Assembly (NCBI GenBank): GCA_934500865.1
Contig: CAKSUD010000018.1
Span: forward strand, 1-28,495
Source: an uncultured Clostridia bacterium
GTDB taxonomy: Bacteria > Bacillota > Clostridia > TANB77 > RGIG9151
Length of the DNA stretch: 28,495 nucleotides
Direction: 5' to 3'
A model generated the notes under the pieces. It was not told the origin of the DNA, did not search any database, and saw nothing but the letters and a program-made list of their open reading frames with translations. This document shows, in pieces, positions 17,083 through 27,320 of this stretch. Made by a program: the position numbers and the translations under genes. How positions within the stretch are numbered: position 1 is the first letter of the stretch; every line of letters begins with the position of its first letter.

Positions 17083-18342
17083 CTAATAATCACTTCCGAG
17101 TATTACAGTTACGTCAATTTTTGAATTGCTTTCATACTCATCTTTTACTGTACCTTTGCCCAAAAATTTCTTTATTTCTTTAGCATATTCATTGTTAGTT
17201 TTATTAATTATAGTAGTTTTTATGCTATCTTTATTACCATTATTCCCAATTTTCGTAACATTATATCCTTCTTCTTTTAATTTTGTTGCAACTGAGTTAG
17301 CTAAACCGTTTCTTGTTGTTCCGTTTAATACCTCTACTTTTATTTCTGATTTTTTCTTTTCAGTTGTACCACTCGCTGAAACTGTTGTTGCCTGATTGTC
17401 CTCAGGAATCGTATTATCTTCTTCTATTATGTCATCATTTATAAACATCTCATCAACAAGTTCCTTTGTTTTTTCACTATCATGCACAAAATATGAAACA
17501 ATTCCTATATACTTGCCTTCGCCTGGTAAAGTCTCCATTCTAAGCTTAGAAGTATCGAAATTCTTAACATCATCAAGATAACCTAAAATATCCGAAAAAG
17601 TAATATCCGTCTTTACAGATTCAAGTCCTAGCTTTATTAAATCTCCGATTTTAAGCAATGTAGAAGGCTTTAAAACTTCGCCAACTGCTGCCTTGATAAA
17701 CTTTTGCTGTGTTTCAACCCTTTGTACATCTCCTAGAGGATAGCCTGAGCCGTCGTTATTCTTTCTAAAACGTATAAACTGTTCAGCCTTATTTCCGTCC
17801 AAAATCTGTTGACCTTTTTTTAATTTTATGTGCAAGTTTTGTTCGTTATCATCATAATCCATATCAAACGGTACGTTCATTGGAATTCCACCAATAGCAT
17901 CTACCATTTTCCTAACAGCTCCGGTATCTAGTAAAACATAATTATCTACTGAGATTCCTGTTAAATCCTTAACTTTTTCAGCTAAAAACTTTATATCACG
18001 TTTTTTAGTAGCGTATGCAGAATTTATCTTTCCATCAATAGTACCTACAACTTTAGTATCTCTCGGAATTGACATAGCATTAACTCTTCCGGTTTTAGGG
18101 TTATATTTAGCTATCATAATAAAATCTGTTAGTGGTCCATCCGGATGAAGTCCTGCTATTAAAACAGTTTTTGATGCCTTTTCATCTTGTTGTCCATCAT
18201 TATTTGTTAAGTCGCCTAATTCTTTACCGGAAATTTTTGAATATAAAATAACAGAACCAAATATAATTCCAACAAATACAAAAAGTATCAGTACAAATTT
18301 AATGACCAATTTTATAAATTCTTTCAAAACAATAACCCCCAA
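17083..18342 (-). CDS. LytR-CpsA-Psr (LCP) family protein with a C-terminal LytR_C-like domain
   Basis: 419 aa. An N-terminal TM anchor is followed by an LCP core (LIAGLHPDGPLTDFIMI...SIPRDT...INSAY...QFIRFRK...GDVQRVETQQKF) and a C-terminal IKVEVLNGTTRNGLA tail. Confidence 0.85.
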   Translation of the reverse strand: MGVIVLKEFIKLVIKFVLILFVFVGIIFGSVILYSKISGKELGDLTNNDGQQDEKASKTVLIAGLHPDGPLTDFIMIAKYNPKTGRVNAMSIPRDTKVVGTIDGKINSAYATKKRDIKFLAEKVKDLTGISVDNYVLLDTGAVRKMVDAIGGIPMNVPFDMDYDDNEQNLHIKLKKGQQILDGNKAEQFIRFRKNNDGSGYPLGDVQRVETQQKFIKAAVGEVLKPSTLLKIGDLIKLGLESVKTDITFSDILGYLDDVKNFDTSKLRMETLPGEGKYIGIVSYFVHDSEKTKELVDEMFINDDIIEEDNTIPEDNQATTVSASGTTEKKKSEIKVEVLNGTTRNGLANSVATKLKEEGYNVTKIGNNGNKDSIKTTIINKTNNEYAKEIKKFLGKGTVKDEYESNSKIDVTVILGSDY

Positions 18343-18344
18343 TA

Positions 18345-18956
18345 TTAGTTACATCTTTTTTTAGCCGCATTTAATGCATCTATACTTTGCTTATGAATAT
18401 TTTTCCCAACTTGCTTTACATTTTCCATACAATATTCAAGTGCCATAACCAAAGCTTTATCTAAGTCGATAAACGCCATTTCGCGTATTTTATCCAGCCC
18501 TTCTAAATCTCTACCTTCTTCTATTAAATCTGAAATGTATATAATTTTATCTAAATCCGTCATAGTTTCGTTAGCTAGTGTATGATAAAGTATACTCTCT
18601 TTTACTTCATCACTAACATTAAATTTCTTTTTAGCAATATCTGCCCCTACATCAGCATGTAAAATTCCAGGAGATTGCATTTTAATATCATCAATTTCTA
18701 TGCCATTATTCTTACAATACTCAATAAGTTCTTGGTTCGACATATTCTTTGCACAATCATGAAGCAAACCTGCAATTTTAGCTTCCTTCACATCAACATT
18801 ATATTTTCTCGCCAATCTTTCAGCCATATTCATAACGCCTAAAGAATGTTTAAATCTCTTTTCCTGCAATCTACCCTTTAAAAAATCTACTATTTCGCTT
18901 TCTAGTTTATCATCCAATTCAATTCTTCCTCTCGTGTTAATCTTTTGTTTCTTCAT
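18345..18956 (-). CDS. yqeK: HD-domain bis(5'-nucleosyl)-tetraphosphatase YqeK
   Basis: 203 aa. RFKHSLGVMNMAERLA...LLHDCAK carries the HD motif, and length and pattern match B. subtilis YqeK. The N-terminal start is uncertain because there is a 20-nt overlap with the upstream gene and a weak RBS. Confidence 0.85.
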   Translation of the reverse strand: MKKQKINTRGRIELDDKLESEIVDFLKGRLQEKRFKHSLGVMNMAERLARKYNVDVKEAKIAGLLHDCAKNMSNQELIEYCKNNGIEIDDIKMQSPGILHADVGADIAKKKFNVSDEVKESILYHTLANETMTDLDKIIYISDLIEEGRDLEGLDKIREMAFIDLDKALVMALEYCMENVKQVGKNIHKQSIDALNAAKKRCN

Positions 18957-19548
18957 TTGTAAATTCTATATTTCCGGCATAAGCAAATATTTCGTCGGTA
19001 ACATTAGGCACAAAAGAATTAATCGTATTACCTAATGTCGAAGACGGCAATTCGTTTTTTATCGGTTCTAATGTAGAAATGGGCAACCAATTTATAAGTA
19101 ACATAAGCAAATATGTAATAACTATACCTTCTGCCATTCCCGCAACAATTCCGCCAATTTTATTAACCTCATTTAATATCGGTAATTTAACAATCTTATT
19201 TAATATAGAAAAAATAACCGAGAAAAGTATTTTTAGCAAAATAAATAGAACTATAATCGATAAAACATTTATTACCCTTAGTACTATATTGTGTAACATT
19301 TCGTCAGTAAGTAGTGCAACTGCTTTATTAAAAATTTCTGAATGACTATATACCCAGTCAATCATAACAATATCCAACTTAAATTTGCTAACTACAAATT
19401 GTGAGAAAAAAGGTGTAAGTAAAATTGAAAAATAGGCAATTGCAATCCATTGTATTAGGCTAAATGCAGTTCCTAAAATTCCTCTATAATAGCCTAAAAT
19501 CGTAAATATTCCAATTATAATTAATATTGCTATATCTACTTTATTCAT
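18937..19548 (-). CDS. CvpA-family integral membrane protein
   Basis: 203 aa. MNKVDIAILIIIGIFTILGYYRGILGTAFSL is the typical CvpA N-terminus. About four hydrophobic segments are present. Confidence 0.7.
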   Translation of the reverse strand: MNKVDIAILIIIGIFTILGYYRGILGTAFSLIQWIAIAYFSILLTPFFSQFVVSKFKLDIVMIDWVYSHSEIFNKAVALLTDEMLHNIVLRVINVLSIIVLFILLKILFSVIFSILNKIVKLPILNEVNKIGGIVAGMAEGIVITYLLMLLINWLPISTLEPIKNELPSSTLGNTINSFVPNVTDEIFAYAGNIEFTNEETKD

Positions 19549-20390
19549 TCTTTAACTCCCTTTTTAGATATTATAGCCCTCGTATTACCGGAATAGTCTT
19601 TTATTATCTTGCATATATAAAAGCCATTTTCCTCTAAAATATCTTTTACTTGACCGACTTGGTCGTAGCCAAACTCAAATACTAAATAACCATTCTCATT
19701 AATAAAATTCTTTGATTCCTTAACTATCTTTCGATAAAAATCAAGTCCATCAATTCCGCCGTCTAACGCTAGTATCGGTTCGTTTTGTACATCACAAGCC
19801 AATTTTTTAATTTCTTCTCTAGGAATATACGGTGGATTAGAAACAATTATATCAAACTTATCAGCAGGAAATCTCTCGAATAAATTCGAGCAAATAAATT
19901 TAACTTCAACATCATTTCGCACAGCATTTTCGCTAGCCACTTTCAATGCCTCTTTGCTTACATCAGATGCATAAACCAAAACATCTTTTAGCATCTTTTT
20001 TAGAGTTATAGCAATGCAACCCGAACCAGTACATAAATCTAATATGCTACTCGCTTTAGTTTCTTTGGCAAGTTCTATAACCCTTTCTACCCAAACTTCG
20101 GTATCAGCTCTTGGCACAAGAACGTTTTTATTAACTATAAAGTCTAGTCCCATAAAGCCACAATTTCCGATTATGTACTGAAATGGCTCTCCCCCAATAC
20201 GTCGTTCCACATATTGTTCAAGAATCACTGTATCCTGCTTAGTAATCTCATCATTTATATGTATCATAATCCATTCATTAGGCTTACCTAATATATGTGC
20301 AAGAAAAGCTCTAGCTTCATATTTATTATTTTCAACATTGGCTTTTTCTAATTCTTTTATTGCACAATTCAAAGCATCAATTATCTTCAT
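19545..20390 (-). CDS. prmC: Peptide chain release factor N5-glutamine methyltransferase
   Basis: 281 aa. SAM motif ILDLCTGSGCIA and catalytic NPPY (IIVSNPPYIP). Confidence 0.9.
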   Translation of the reverse strand: MKIIDALNCAIKELEKANVENNKYEARAFLAHILGKPNEWIMIHINDEITKQDTVILEQYVERRIGGEPFQYIIGNCGFMGLDFIVNKNVLVPRADTEVWVERVIELAKETKASSILDLCTGSGCIAITLKKMLKDVLVYASDVSKEALKVASENAVRNDVEVKFICSNLFERFPADKFDIIVSNPPYIPREEIKKLACDVQNEPILALDGGIDGLDFYRKIVKESKNFINENGYLVFEFGYDQVGQVKDILEENGFYICKIIKDYSGNTRAIISKKGVKE

Positions 20391-21324
20391 CTAATGCACC
20401 TTTCAATGCTGTAATAGCAATAAATATTTGAAGGTCGTCAGGCTCTCTAGTTGTAAAACATTGGAACCACATTCCAGGCATAGCCAAAGCTCTGCCAAGC
20501 TTTCCTTTAAGCATTCCAAAGAAACTAATGACCTCATATGAAATTCCAGCAACTAAAGGAAGTAAAACTATTCTTTCAAGTATTGCAAAAATCAAGTTAT
20601 CAGATTTAAAAAATGCAAAAACAACAATACTTATAATCATCACTATAAATATGAAACTAGTTCCACACCTAGGATGATATCTTGAATATTTTTTTACGTT
20701 TTCAACAGTTAACTCTTCGCCAGCTTCAAAACAATTAATAGTTTTATGCTCTGCACCATGATACTCAAAAACCCTTTGTACATCTTTCATTAAAGAAATC
20801 AAAAGTAAATATATGAAAAACAGTGCAATTCGCATTCCGCCTTCTATAACATTAAACCATATTCTGTCGTTCACATCAACATTATTAAAAAATAAACTAG
20901 CGACAAAAGTAGGAAGTATAAAGAATAATGCAATGCTGAATATTATTGCAAGTGAAAGTGATATGAACACAACCCATCCTTGCTGTCTATCTAGTTTAGC
21001 ACGTTTTTCAACTGATATTTCCTCTTCTTTTGAAACTACGAACTTATCTTCAACACTTTTTTCTTCCATATCAAAGTAGTCTGCAGAAAAGATTAACGTT
21101 TTCATTCCTAAAACTAAAGACTCAAAAAAAGCAACTATACCTCTTAATATAAAAAGATTTAATATTTTTACTTTATCTTTAATCGAATGTACTTCGCCCT
21201 TATCTAAAACTACATTTCCATTATATTTCTTAATGGCTACTGCATATTTCTTAGGGCCACGCATCATAACACCCTCTATAACTGCTTGTCCACCTACTTT
21301 AGGTTTCTTTCCCATAATTATCAT
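20377..21324 (-). CDS. DUF1385 (YqhQ-like) membrane protein
   Basis: 315 aa. GGQAVIEGVMMRG and YHGAEHKTI are remembered hallmarks of DUF1385, which commonly precedes prmC in Firmicutes. Confidence 0.8.
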   Translation of the reverse strand: MIIMGKKPKVGGQAVIEGVMMRGPKKYAVAIKKYNGNVVLDKGEVHSIKDKVKILNLFILRGIVAFFESLVLGMKTLIFSADYFDMEEKSVEDKFVVSKEEEISVEKRAKLDRQQGWVVFISLSLAIIFSIALFFILPTFVASLFFNNVDVNDRIWFNVIEGGMRIALFFIYLLLISLMKDVQRVFEYHGAEHKTINCFEAGEELTVENVKKYSRYHPRCGTSFIFIVMIISIVVFAFFKSDNLIFAILERIVLLPLVAGISYEVISFFGMLKGKLGRALAMPGMWFQCFTTREPDDLQIFIAITALKGALDEDN

Positions 21325-21339
21325 CCACTCCTTTAGTAA

Positions 21340-24300
21340 TTATTTTTCTGCAATTACTATCATTTTACCTTTGTTAATATAATCTGTTTCAATTTTTATT
21401 ACCTTCATTCCTGCTTTATCGAGCAATTCCTTAATTGAACTTTGAGTAAATACATTTTGAACTCCAACTTTCGCCCATAAAGGTCTGTCCGCTAAAGTAG
21501 AATATGCATTCTCAGCATCAAAAACATTAAATATAGCTATTCCATTATGTTCTAATTTATTTACTATATTTTTAATTTTGCTTTTTAAATCATATGAATT
21601 TGTAATGTAATCATCTATTACTACTATATTAAATGTTCCATGAACTTTAGAGCTATACTTAGTTATATTATACCCCTTATTCTTACCTACCTCTTCTAAA
21701 TATTTATTATCAGAAAATGTAATGACATCTTTTTTATTAGATACTTTATCTAGTTGTTCAAAAAGTTTGTATGCAATCTCTATTTTCTGGTCATCATAAT
21801 TAAACTCGTCAGTATCAAAGAACTTGCTTTTTTCCTTAATTTCATTTTTTAGGAAAATATGCTTACATTCCTCACACTTCATATAGCCGGTAATAAGCGG
21901 GAAATCATAATCAAGCTTATTATCATCTATATTGCAAAACGTTAAAAATTGTCTTCCTTCTTTACCGCATATAGGGCATAACTTATTATATGTTTCCTTC
22001 TTCTTTGAAAAAACATAGTTGTAATTTCTATGTTCTCTAGGTAGCAATTTATTAGCTAATAATAAATTCTCACAAAATGCTTTTTCATAGCAATAAAAAC
22101 TCAAGTCCGGTTTGTTAAAATGATTATAAATTTCACCTAATTCAAAGTAACATTTATCTACACAATAATTAAATTTCAATGCTATTTTATAATATTTTTC
22201 AGCATATGCAAATGCTTTCTTTGACTTAGCAATATTCGCAAACTCAAATAATTCTTTAATTTGAGTCCTAACACCTCTAATCGGATTATCTTTTATCTCT
22301 TCACAGAATTTATCTATATTTAAGAAAAAGATATTGTCAGAATTAATATCACATATTTTATCTAGTTTTTCAAGCTTTTTCATTCCGGTATAAGCATCAA
22401 ACAAGCTAAAATAATATTTTAACTTTTCATCGTCAGCTTCTAATAATTCACATATAAGAATAGTCTCTATATTAAGATATCCACCCTCAATAGCCTTATC
22501 AAGAATTCCCTCAATTTCTTCAAATCTGCCTTCTCTAAAATATATACTTGTCAAAATAAAATAGGTATATGCCAAGATATCATCATCTTCAAGCTCCTCA
22601 CATCCAGCCCAGTCAATGCATTGTTTTGCCATATCGTATGAGTAATTATTAAAGTAATAATCTATAACATCTAGCCATATTTTATTGTTTTCGGTTTTAA
22701 AAGAAGTAATATACTTTCTCAAAGCAACTTCATTTCCTAAAAATGCAAGTTCTTTAAAAATATCAAATACCAAAGGATATTCGTTTTCTGCTAAACTTAT
22801 AGCTTCTCCATCATTAAAATATGCATTAATGATTTTAGAAAAAACGGGAGCAATATTCCCAGAAAGCTCGGCATATTTTTCCTTCCTATTTCCGATAATT
22901 ACCGCTGAAGCCACAAAAATAAGTGCTCTAATATCTTTGCTTTCATTAAAAACATTCATGTATAAATCTATAATTTCATCGTACTTTTCTGTAATCAGCC
23001 TTGAAGTAAAGAACGATGAATCAACTTCATTGAACTTTTTATTATATTTAACAAAATAATATAAAAACGTATCATGAAATCCAGTAAGTCTTAAACTTTC
23101 CTGTAAAAATTTCAAAACATCTTTATCCTCGGTATTGTATATTGAATTTATAAACAATACAACATCTTCACTCTTTTGATCACCAACAATATGCAATATT
23201 CCAAGTAATGCTCTTAAATTAGAATATTCAAACTTAATCGCATTAGCAAAGTATCCAAGTGCCTTTGACTTATCACCTGTTAGTAATTCATATTCCCCTA
23301 GTACAGTAAAAGCATCACCGGCTTTGGAATAAAAAGAATTTGCATTATCCGGATGTTTCTTTTCAAAATCAGAAGATAGTTTTACAGCATCTTGCAATGC
23401 AAGTATTGCCCTTTTTCTGTTTATTCCGTAAAACATATTATACTCATAATATTTAAAAATCGGATTCTCCGGAAATATTTTTTGAGCATTTTTAAGTAAT
23501 TCTAATCTTTCTTCAAAAGAATACTTATTAGGTAATTTATTAACCAATTTTATCATATTATCATCTAAAATTGGCCCTATGTTATACTGAGAAATTTTTT
23601 CTCTATAATCCGGAATACTTTTAATTAATTTATAAAAATAGTCCGCCATTTCAACATTTATATTAAGGTTTTCTCTTAATCCGTAAAAATAATCTATCGG
23701 TGCTGATTTACCCGCCGCAAAAGTTTTATCAAGTAACATTTTGTTACGCTTAGCTTTATTAGCCAGTACTTTTCTCATATATCCGGAATGATTAACTACA
23801 ATTAAGTCACTATATAGTGAAGGTAACGGTTCATTTTTTACTTTGTCAAAAAGTACTTCATGAATCGGTCTTTCAAATCTTATATTTTTATCATGTTTAA
23901 ATACTCGTAGTGTGCTACCAACTTCCAATATTTCCGTTTCATCAGCAAAATTAACCAATTTACAAGCAACTGCAGAATATCCCTCTTTTATGGTCGTGTT
24001 TATAGCCTGTTTTATATTCGCAGCAGTATTTCCATCAAACCATTCGTCAGCATCTAAAAAAATAACCCAGTCTCCGCTACAATTATCTAGTGCGAAATTT
24101 TTAGCTTCCGAAAAATCATTAACCCACTCATAATTTAAAACTTTCGCACCGGCTTTTTTAGCAACTTCTACTGTGTCATCTATTGAACCTGTATCTATAA
24201 TAACAATTTCATCCACATATTCCTTATAGCTATTAATAGATTTTGCTATATTTTTAGCCTCATTCCTTGCAATTGTGCACGCAGATAACTTTATCTCCAT
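21340..24300 (-). CDS. 986-aa multidomain protein: N-terminal GT2 glycosyltransferase, long TPR-like helical region, Cys4 zinc ribbon, C-terminal class-I methyltransferase-like domain
   Basis: GT2 signature LSACTIARNE...IIDTGSIDDT...W.NDFSEAKN...LDADE (aa 1-90). The helical repeat region spans about aa 300-750. The zinc ribbon is CPICG...CEECK (aa 775-812, nt 21865-21978). The C-terminal segment FNIVVIDDYITNSYDL...LEHNGIAIFNV...FTQSSIKELLDKAGMKVIKIE resembles the Methyltransf_11/23 pattern. Confidence 0.8.
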   Translation of the reverse strand: MEIKLSACTIARNEAKNIAKSINSYKEYVDEIVIIDTGSIDDTVEVAKKAGAKVLNYEWVNDFSEAKNFALDNCSGDWVIFLDADEWFDGNTAANIKQAINTTIKEGYSAVACKLVNFADETEILEVGSTLRVFKHDKNIRFERPIHEVLFDKVKNEPLPSLYSDLIVVNHSGYMRKVLANKAKRNKMLLDKTFAAGKSAPIDYFYGLRENLNINVEMADYFYKLIKSIPDYREKISQYNIGPILDDNMIKLVNKLPNKYSFEERLELLKNAQKIFPENPIFKYYEYNMFYGINRKRAILALQDAVKLSSDFEKKHPDNANSFYSKAGDAFTVLGEYELLTGDKSKALGYFANAIKFEYSNLRALLGILHIVGDQKSEDVVLFINSIYNTEDKDVLKFLQESLRLTGFHDTFLYYFVKYNKKFNEVDSSFFTSRLITEKYDEIIDLYMNVFNESKDIRALIFVASAVIIGNRKEKYAELSGNIAPVFSKIINAYFNDGEAISLAENEYPLVFDIFKELAFLGNEVALRKYITSFKTENNKIWLDVIDYYFNNYSYDMAKQCIDWAGCEELEDDDILAYTYFILTSIYFREGRFEEIEGILDKAIEGGYLNIETILICELLEADDEKLKYYFSLFDAYTGMKKLEKLDKICDINSDNIFFLNIDKFCEEIKDNPIRGVRTQIKELFEFANIAKSKKAFAYAEKYYKIALKFNYCVDKCYFELGEIYNHFNKPDLSFYCYEKAFCENLLLANKLLPREHRNYNYVFSKKKETYNKLCPICGKEGRQFLTFCNIDDNKLDYDFPLITGYMKCEECKHIFLKNEIKEKSKFFDTDEFNYDDQKIEIAYKLFEQLDKVSNKKDVITFSDNKYLEEVGKNKGYNITKYSSKVHGTFNIVVIDDYITNSYDLKSKIKNIVNKLEHNGIAIFNVFDAENAYSTLADRPLWAKVGVQNVFTQSSIKELLDKAGMKVIKIETDYINKGKMIVIAEK

Positions 24301-24342
24301 TTATTTTCCCCTTTTCATCAGTAGCTTACAAAATACATAATT

Positions 24343-24371
24343 ATAATACTTTTTAAATAGCTAAAAATCAA
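24343..24371 (-). promoter_or_regulatory. Putative sigma-A promoter of the GT2-TPR operon (TTGATT-17 nt-TATTAT)
   Basis: On the minus strand, TTGATT is at 24371-24366, followed by a 17-nt spacer and TATTAT at 24348-24343. The GGGG RBS and the ATG at 24300 follow. Confidence 0.5.
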
Positions 24372-24394
24372 GTATCACCGTTATATTGCCTTTA

Positions 24395-25384
24395 CTAGTT
24401 ATTTTTCTCAAACCTCCACGCATCTTCGCACATCTCTTCAACATTTAATTCAGTCTTCCAATTAAGTTCATTGTATGCCTTAGTTGCATCTGCATAAAAT
24501 GCAGGTAAATCTCCAGCACGGCGTCCTACAATTTCGTATGGTATTTTTAAGTTATTTACCTTTTCAAAAGTATCAATAAGTTCTAATACAGAAATTCCTT
24601 TTCCTCTGCCTAAATTATAAATATTAATTCCGGACTTTATCTTCTCTATTGCACATAAATGCCCCTTTGCTAGGTCAACAACATGAATATAATCTCTAAT
24701 ACAACTGCCATCAGGAGTATCATAATCATTACCAAAAACATTTAGTTTAGGTAAAATTCCTTTTGCAACTTTTGTAATATATGGCATCAAATTATTGGGA
24801 ATTCCATTTGGAGATTCACCTATAAGTCCGCTCTTGTGAGCACCAATAGGATTAAAATATCTAAGAAGTGATACAGAAAAACTAGGATTTACTTTAGCAA
24901 CGTCCATCAAGATTTTCTCACAAACGGCCTTCGTTTCGCCATAAGGGCTAGTAGCCGGAAGTAATTCCATAGTTTCAATAAATGGCGGTTTATTATTTCC
25001 ATAAACCGTAGCAGAAGAAGAAAATACAAATTTGTTAACATTAAATTCTAAACACAACTTGCTTAAATTAATAGTACTCATAATGTTATTATAATAATAA
25101 CTAAGTGGCTTTTCTACTGACTCTCCTACTGCCTTAAGTCCTGCAAAATGAATTACGCCATCAAATTTATAAGTTTCAAATAACTTTTTAGTCGCTTCAT
25201 ATTCAGTAACATCTATTTCAAAAAAATCCACCCTTTTACCGGTGATTTTTTCAATCTTAGGAATAACATCCCTACTACTGTTAACTAAATTATCCGCAAT
25301 AACTACCGAATGTCCGGCATCAAGTAGTTCCACACAAGTATGTGAACCAATATATCCGGCACCACCTGTAACTAAAATCGTCAT
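24395..25384 (-). CDS. galE: UDP-glucose 4-epimerase
   Basis: 329 aa. MTILVTGGAGYIGSH Rossmann motif, catalytic YGETK (YxxxK), and length typical for GalE. Confidence 0.92.
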   Translation of the reverse strand: MTILVTGGAGYIGSHTCVELLDAGHSVVIADNLVNSSRDVIPKIEKITGKRVDFFEIDVTEYEATKKLFETYKFDGVIHFAGLKAVGESVEKPLSYYYNNIMSTINLSKLCLEFNVNKFVFSSSATVYGNNKPPFIETMELLPATSPYGETKAVCEKILMDVAKVNPSFSVSLLRYFNPIGAHKSGLIGESPNGIPNNLMPYITKVAKGILPKLNVFGNDYDTPDGSCIRDYIHVVDLAKGHLCAIEKIKSGINIYNLGRGKGISVLELIDTFEKVNNLKIPYEIVGRRAGDLPAFYADATKAYNELNWKTELNVEEMCEDAWRFEKNN

Positions 25385-25396
25385 ATTTTCTCTCCT

Positions 25397-26278
25397 TTAA
25401 TTTATTATTTCCTTCATATCACTCGGCAAATTCGCCACAATTTCTAATTTTTCTTTAGTAATTGGATGAACAAAGCAAGTTTTATAAGAATGCAAAGCTT
25501 GTCTATCAATTAAGTCAGTTTCTCTATCCGAATATAAACCATCTCCTAATATAGGATGTCCAATCGCTTTTAAATGTACTCTTATTTGATGAGTTCTGCC
25601 TGTTTCCAATTTTAACCGAATTACAGTCATATCTTTCATTCGCTTTATTACTTCAAAATGTGTAACTGCCCTATCTCCATCGTCAGCCACCATTCTTGTC
25701 ATTATGCTGCCAGGTTCTCTTTTTATCGGCAAATCTATCGTGCCAAAATCATCTTTAATAATTCCGTAAACAATAGCTATGTATTCCTTTGTAAAAAGTC
25801 CTGACTGCATTTGCTTAGTTAAAATATCTTGGGTATATTCATTCTTTGACAACACAATAACCCCTGATGTTTCTCTGTCTAATCTATTTACAAAATGTAG
25901 TTTTATATGTTCGTCTTTACTCTCAAAATAATGCTTAACAAAATTAGCAAGTGTTCCACTTTGATGTAAGCATGTAGGATGAACCACCATATTACCCGAC
26001 TTATTAAGCACAAGTAAACTATCATCTTCATACAAAACGTCAATAATGCCCTCTTCGGATTTTATATTTTCTGCATCCCCTTCAGACGCAACATTTACAA
26101 CTATTTCATCTCCGGCTCTAGTAGTTCCGTTAACCCAAGCAACTTTTCCGTTGCAAAAAATTTGCTTGTTTAGTTTTAACTTCCTAAGTAAGCGAGATGA
26201 AATATCAAATTCTTTAATTATAACATCTTTTATTGTACTATCTTCTTTCACAGTACATTTTAGCAAAGTCTCCTTCAA
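25397..26278 (-). CDS. RluA-family 23S rRNA pseudouridine synthase (RluD-like)
   Basis: 293 aa. An S4-like N-terminus is followed by the catalytic motif VNRLDRETSGVIVL and the C-terminal GRTHQIRVHL. Confidence 0.88.
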   Translation of the reverse strand: MKETLLKCTVKEDSTIKDVIIKEFDISSRLLRKLKLNKQIFCNGKVAWVNGTTRAGDEIVVNVASEGDAENIKSEEGIIDVLYEDDSLLVLNKSGNMVVHPTCLHQSGTLANFVKHYFESKDEHIKLHFVNRLDRETSGVIVLSKNEYTQDILTKQMQSGLFTKEYIAIVYGIIKDDFGTIDLPIKREPGSIMTRMVADDGDRAVTHFEVIKRMKDMTVIRLKLETGRTHQIRVHLKAIGHPILGDGLYSDRETDLIDRQALHSYKTCFVHPITKEKLEIVANLPSDMKEIIN

Positions 26279-26302
26279 AATCAGTTGCTCCTTCTAATAA
26301 AT

Positions 26303-27292
26303 CTACAAGCACATATGGTCTCTTGCAAGCTGTGTAACAATTCTTCCACGAGGTGTTCTGCTAATAAAACCTAGTTGAAGTAAATATGGCTCATAAACAT
26401 CCTCTATTGTATCAGCATCTTCGCCAATGGATGCAGCTAAAGTATCCAGTCCAACAGGCCCACCCGCAAAATTCTTTATCATTGCATTTAGCATAACTCT
26501 ATCTATATTATCTAGTCCTAATTCATCAATCTCAAGCTTTTCTAAAGCATTTCTAGCAATATCTAGGGTTATCTTTCCGTCTCCCTTTACTTGGGCATAA
26601 TCTCTAACCCTCTTAAGTAACCTATTTGCAATTCTCGGAGTTCCTCTAGAACGCGAAGAAATCTCAAGTAATGCTTCGTCCTCAATTTCTGTCTTAAGTA
26701 TCTGGGCTGAACGCTTAACAATCTTTGATAAATCTTCCGGAGAATATAATTCTAATCTTTGTATAACTCCGAACCTATCTCTAAGCGGGGATGTAAGCAT
26801 TCCTGCCTTAGTAGTAGCTCCAATTAAAGTAAATTTAGGCAAGTCAAGTCTTATAGAACGTGCTGAAGGGCCTTTTCCTATAATTATATCTAAAGCAAAA
26901 TCTTCTAAAGCCGGATATAAAACCTCTTCAACGCTTCTATTCATTCTATGAATTTCGTCTATAAATAAAACATCGCCTTCACTTAAATTAGTAAGTATAG
27001 CTGCTAAATCTCCGGCACGTTCTATAGCAGGTCCTGATGTAATTCTTATATTAACTCCTATTTCATTTGCTATAATATTTGCTAATGTAGTTTTTCCAAG
27101 TCCCGGAGGACCATATAATAAAATATGGTCAAGAGACTCATTTCTAAGTTTTGCAGCCTCTATAAATACAAGAAGATTTTCTTTTACTTTACTTTGCCCC
27201 GTATAGTCTTTTAGCCATTTAGGGCGCAAAGAATTTTCTTCTGTATCTTCCTCCTTCATTCCCGGACAAACAATTCTTTCATCTTCATTCAT
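26303..27292 (-). CDS. ruvB: Holliday junction branch migration helicase RuvB
   Basis: 329 aa. [12 protein letters not shown]..., Walker [12 protein letters not shown], Walker B LFIDEIHR and [10 protein letters not shown]. Confidence 0.95.
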   Translation of the reverse strand: MNEDERIVCPGMKEEDTEENSLRPKWLKDYTGQSKVKENLLVFIEAAKLRNESLDHILLYGPPGLGKTTLANIIANEIGVNIRITSGPAIERAGDLAAILTNLSEGDVLFIDEIHRMNRSVEEVLYPALEDFALDIIIGKGPSARSIRLDLPKFTLIGATTKAGMLTSPLRDRFGVIQRLELYSPEDLSKIVKRSAQILKTEIEDEALLEISSRSRGTPRIANRLLKRVRDYAQVKGDGKITLDIARNALEKLEIDELGLDNIDRVMLNAMIKNFAGGPVGLDTLAASIGEDADTIEDVYEPYLLQLGFISRTPRGRIVTQLARDHMCL

Positions 27293-27320
27293 TCCAAAAT
27301 ACTCCTTATGTTATAAAAAT

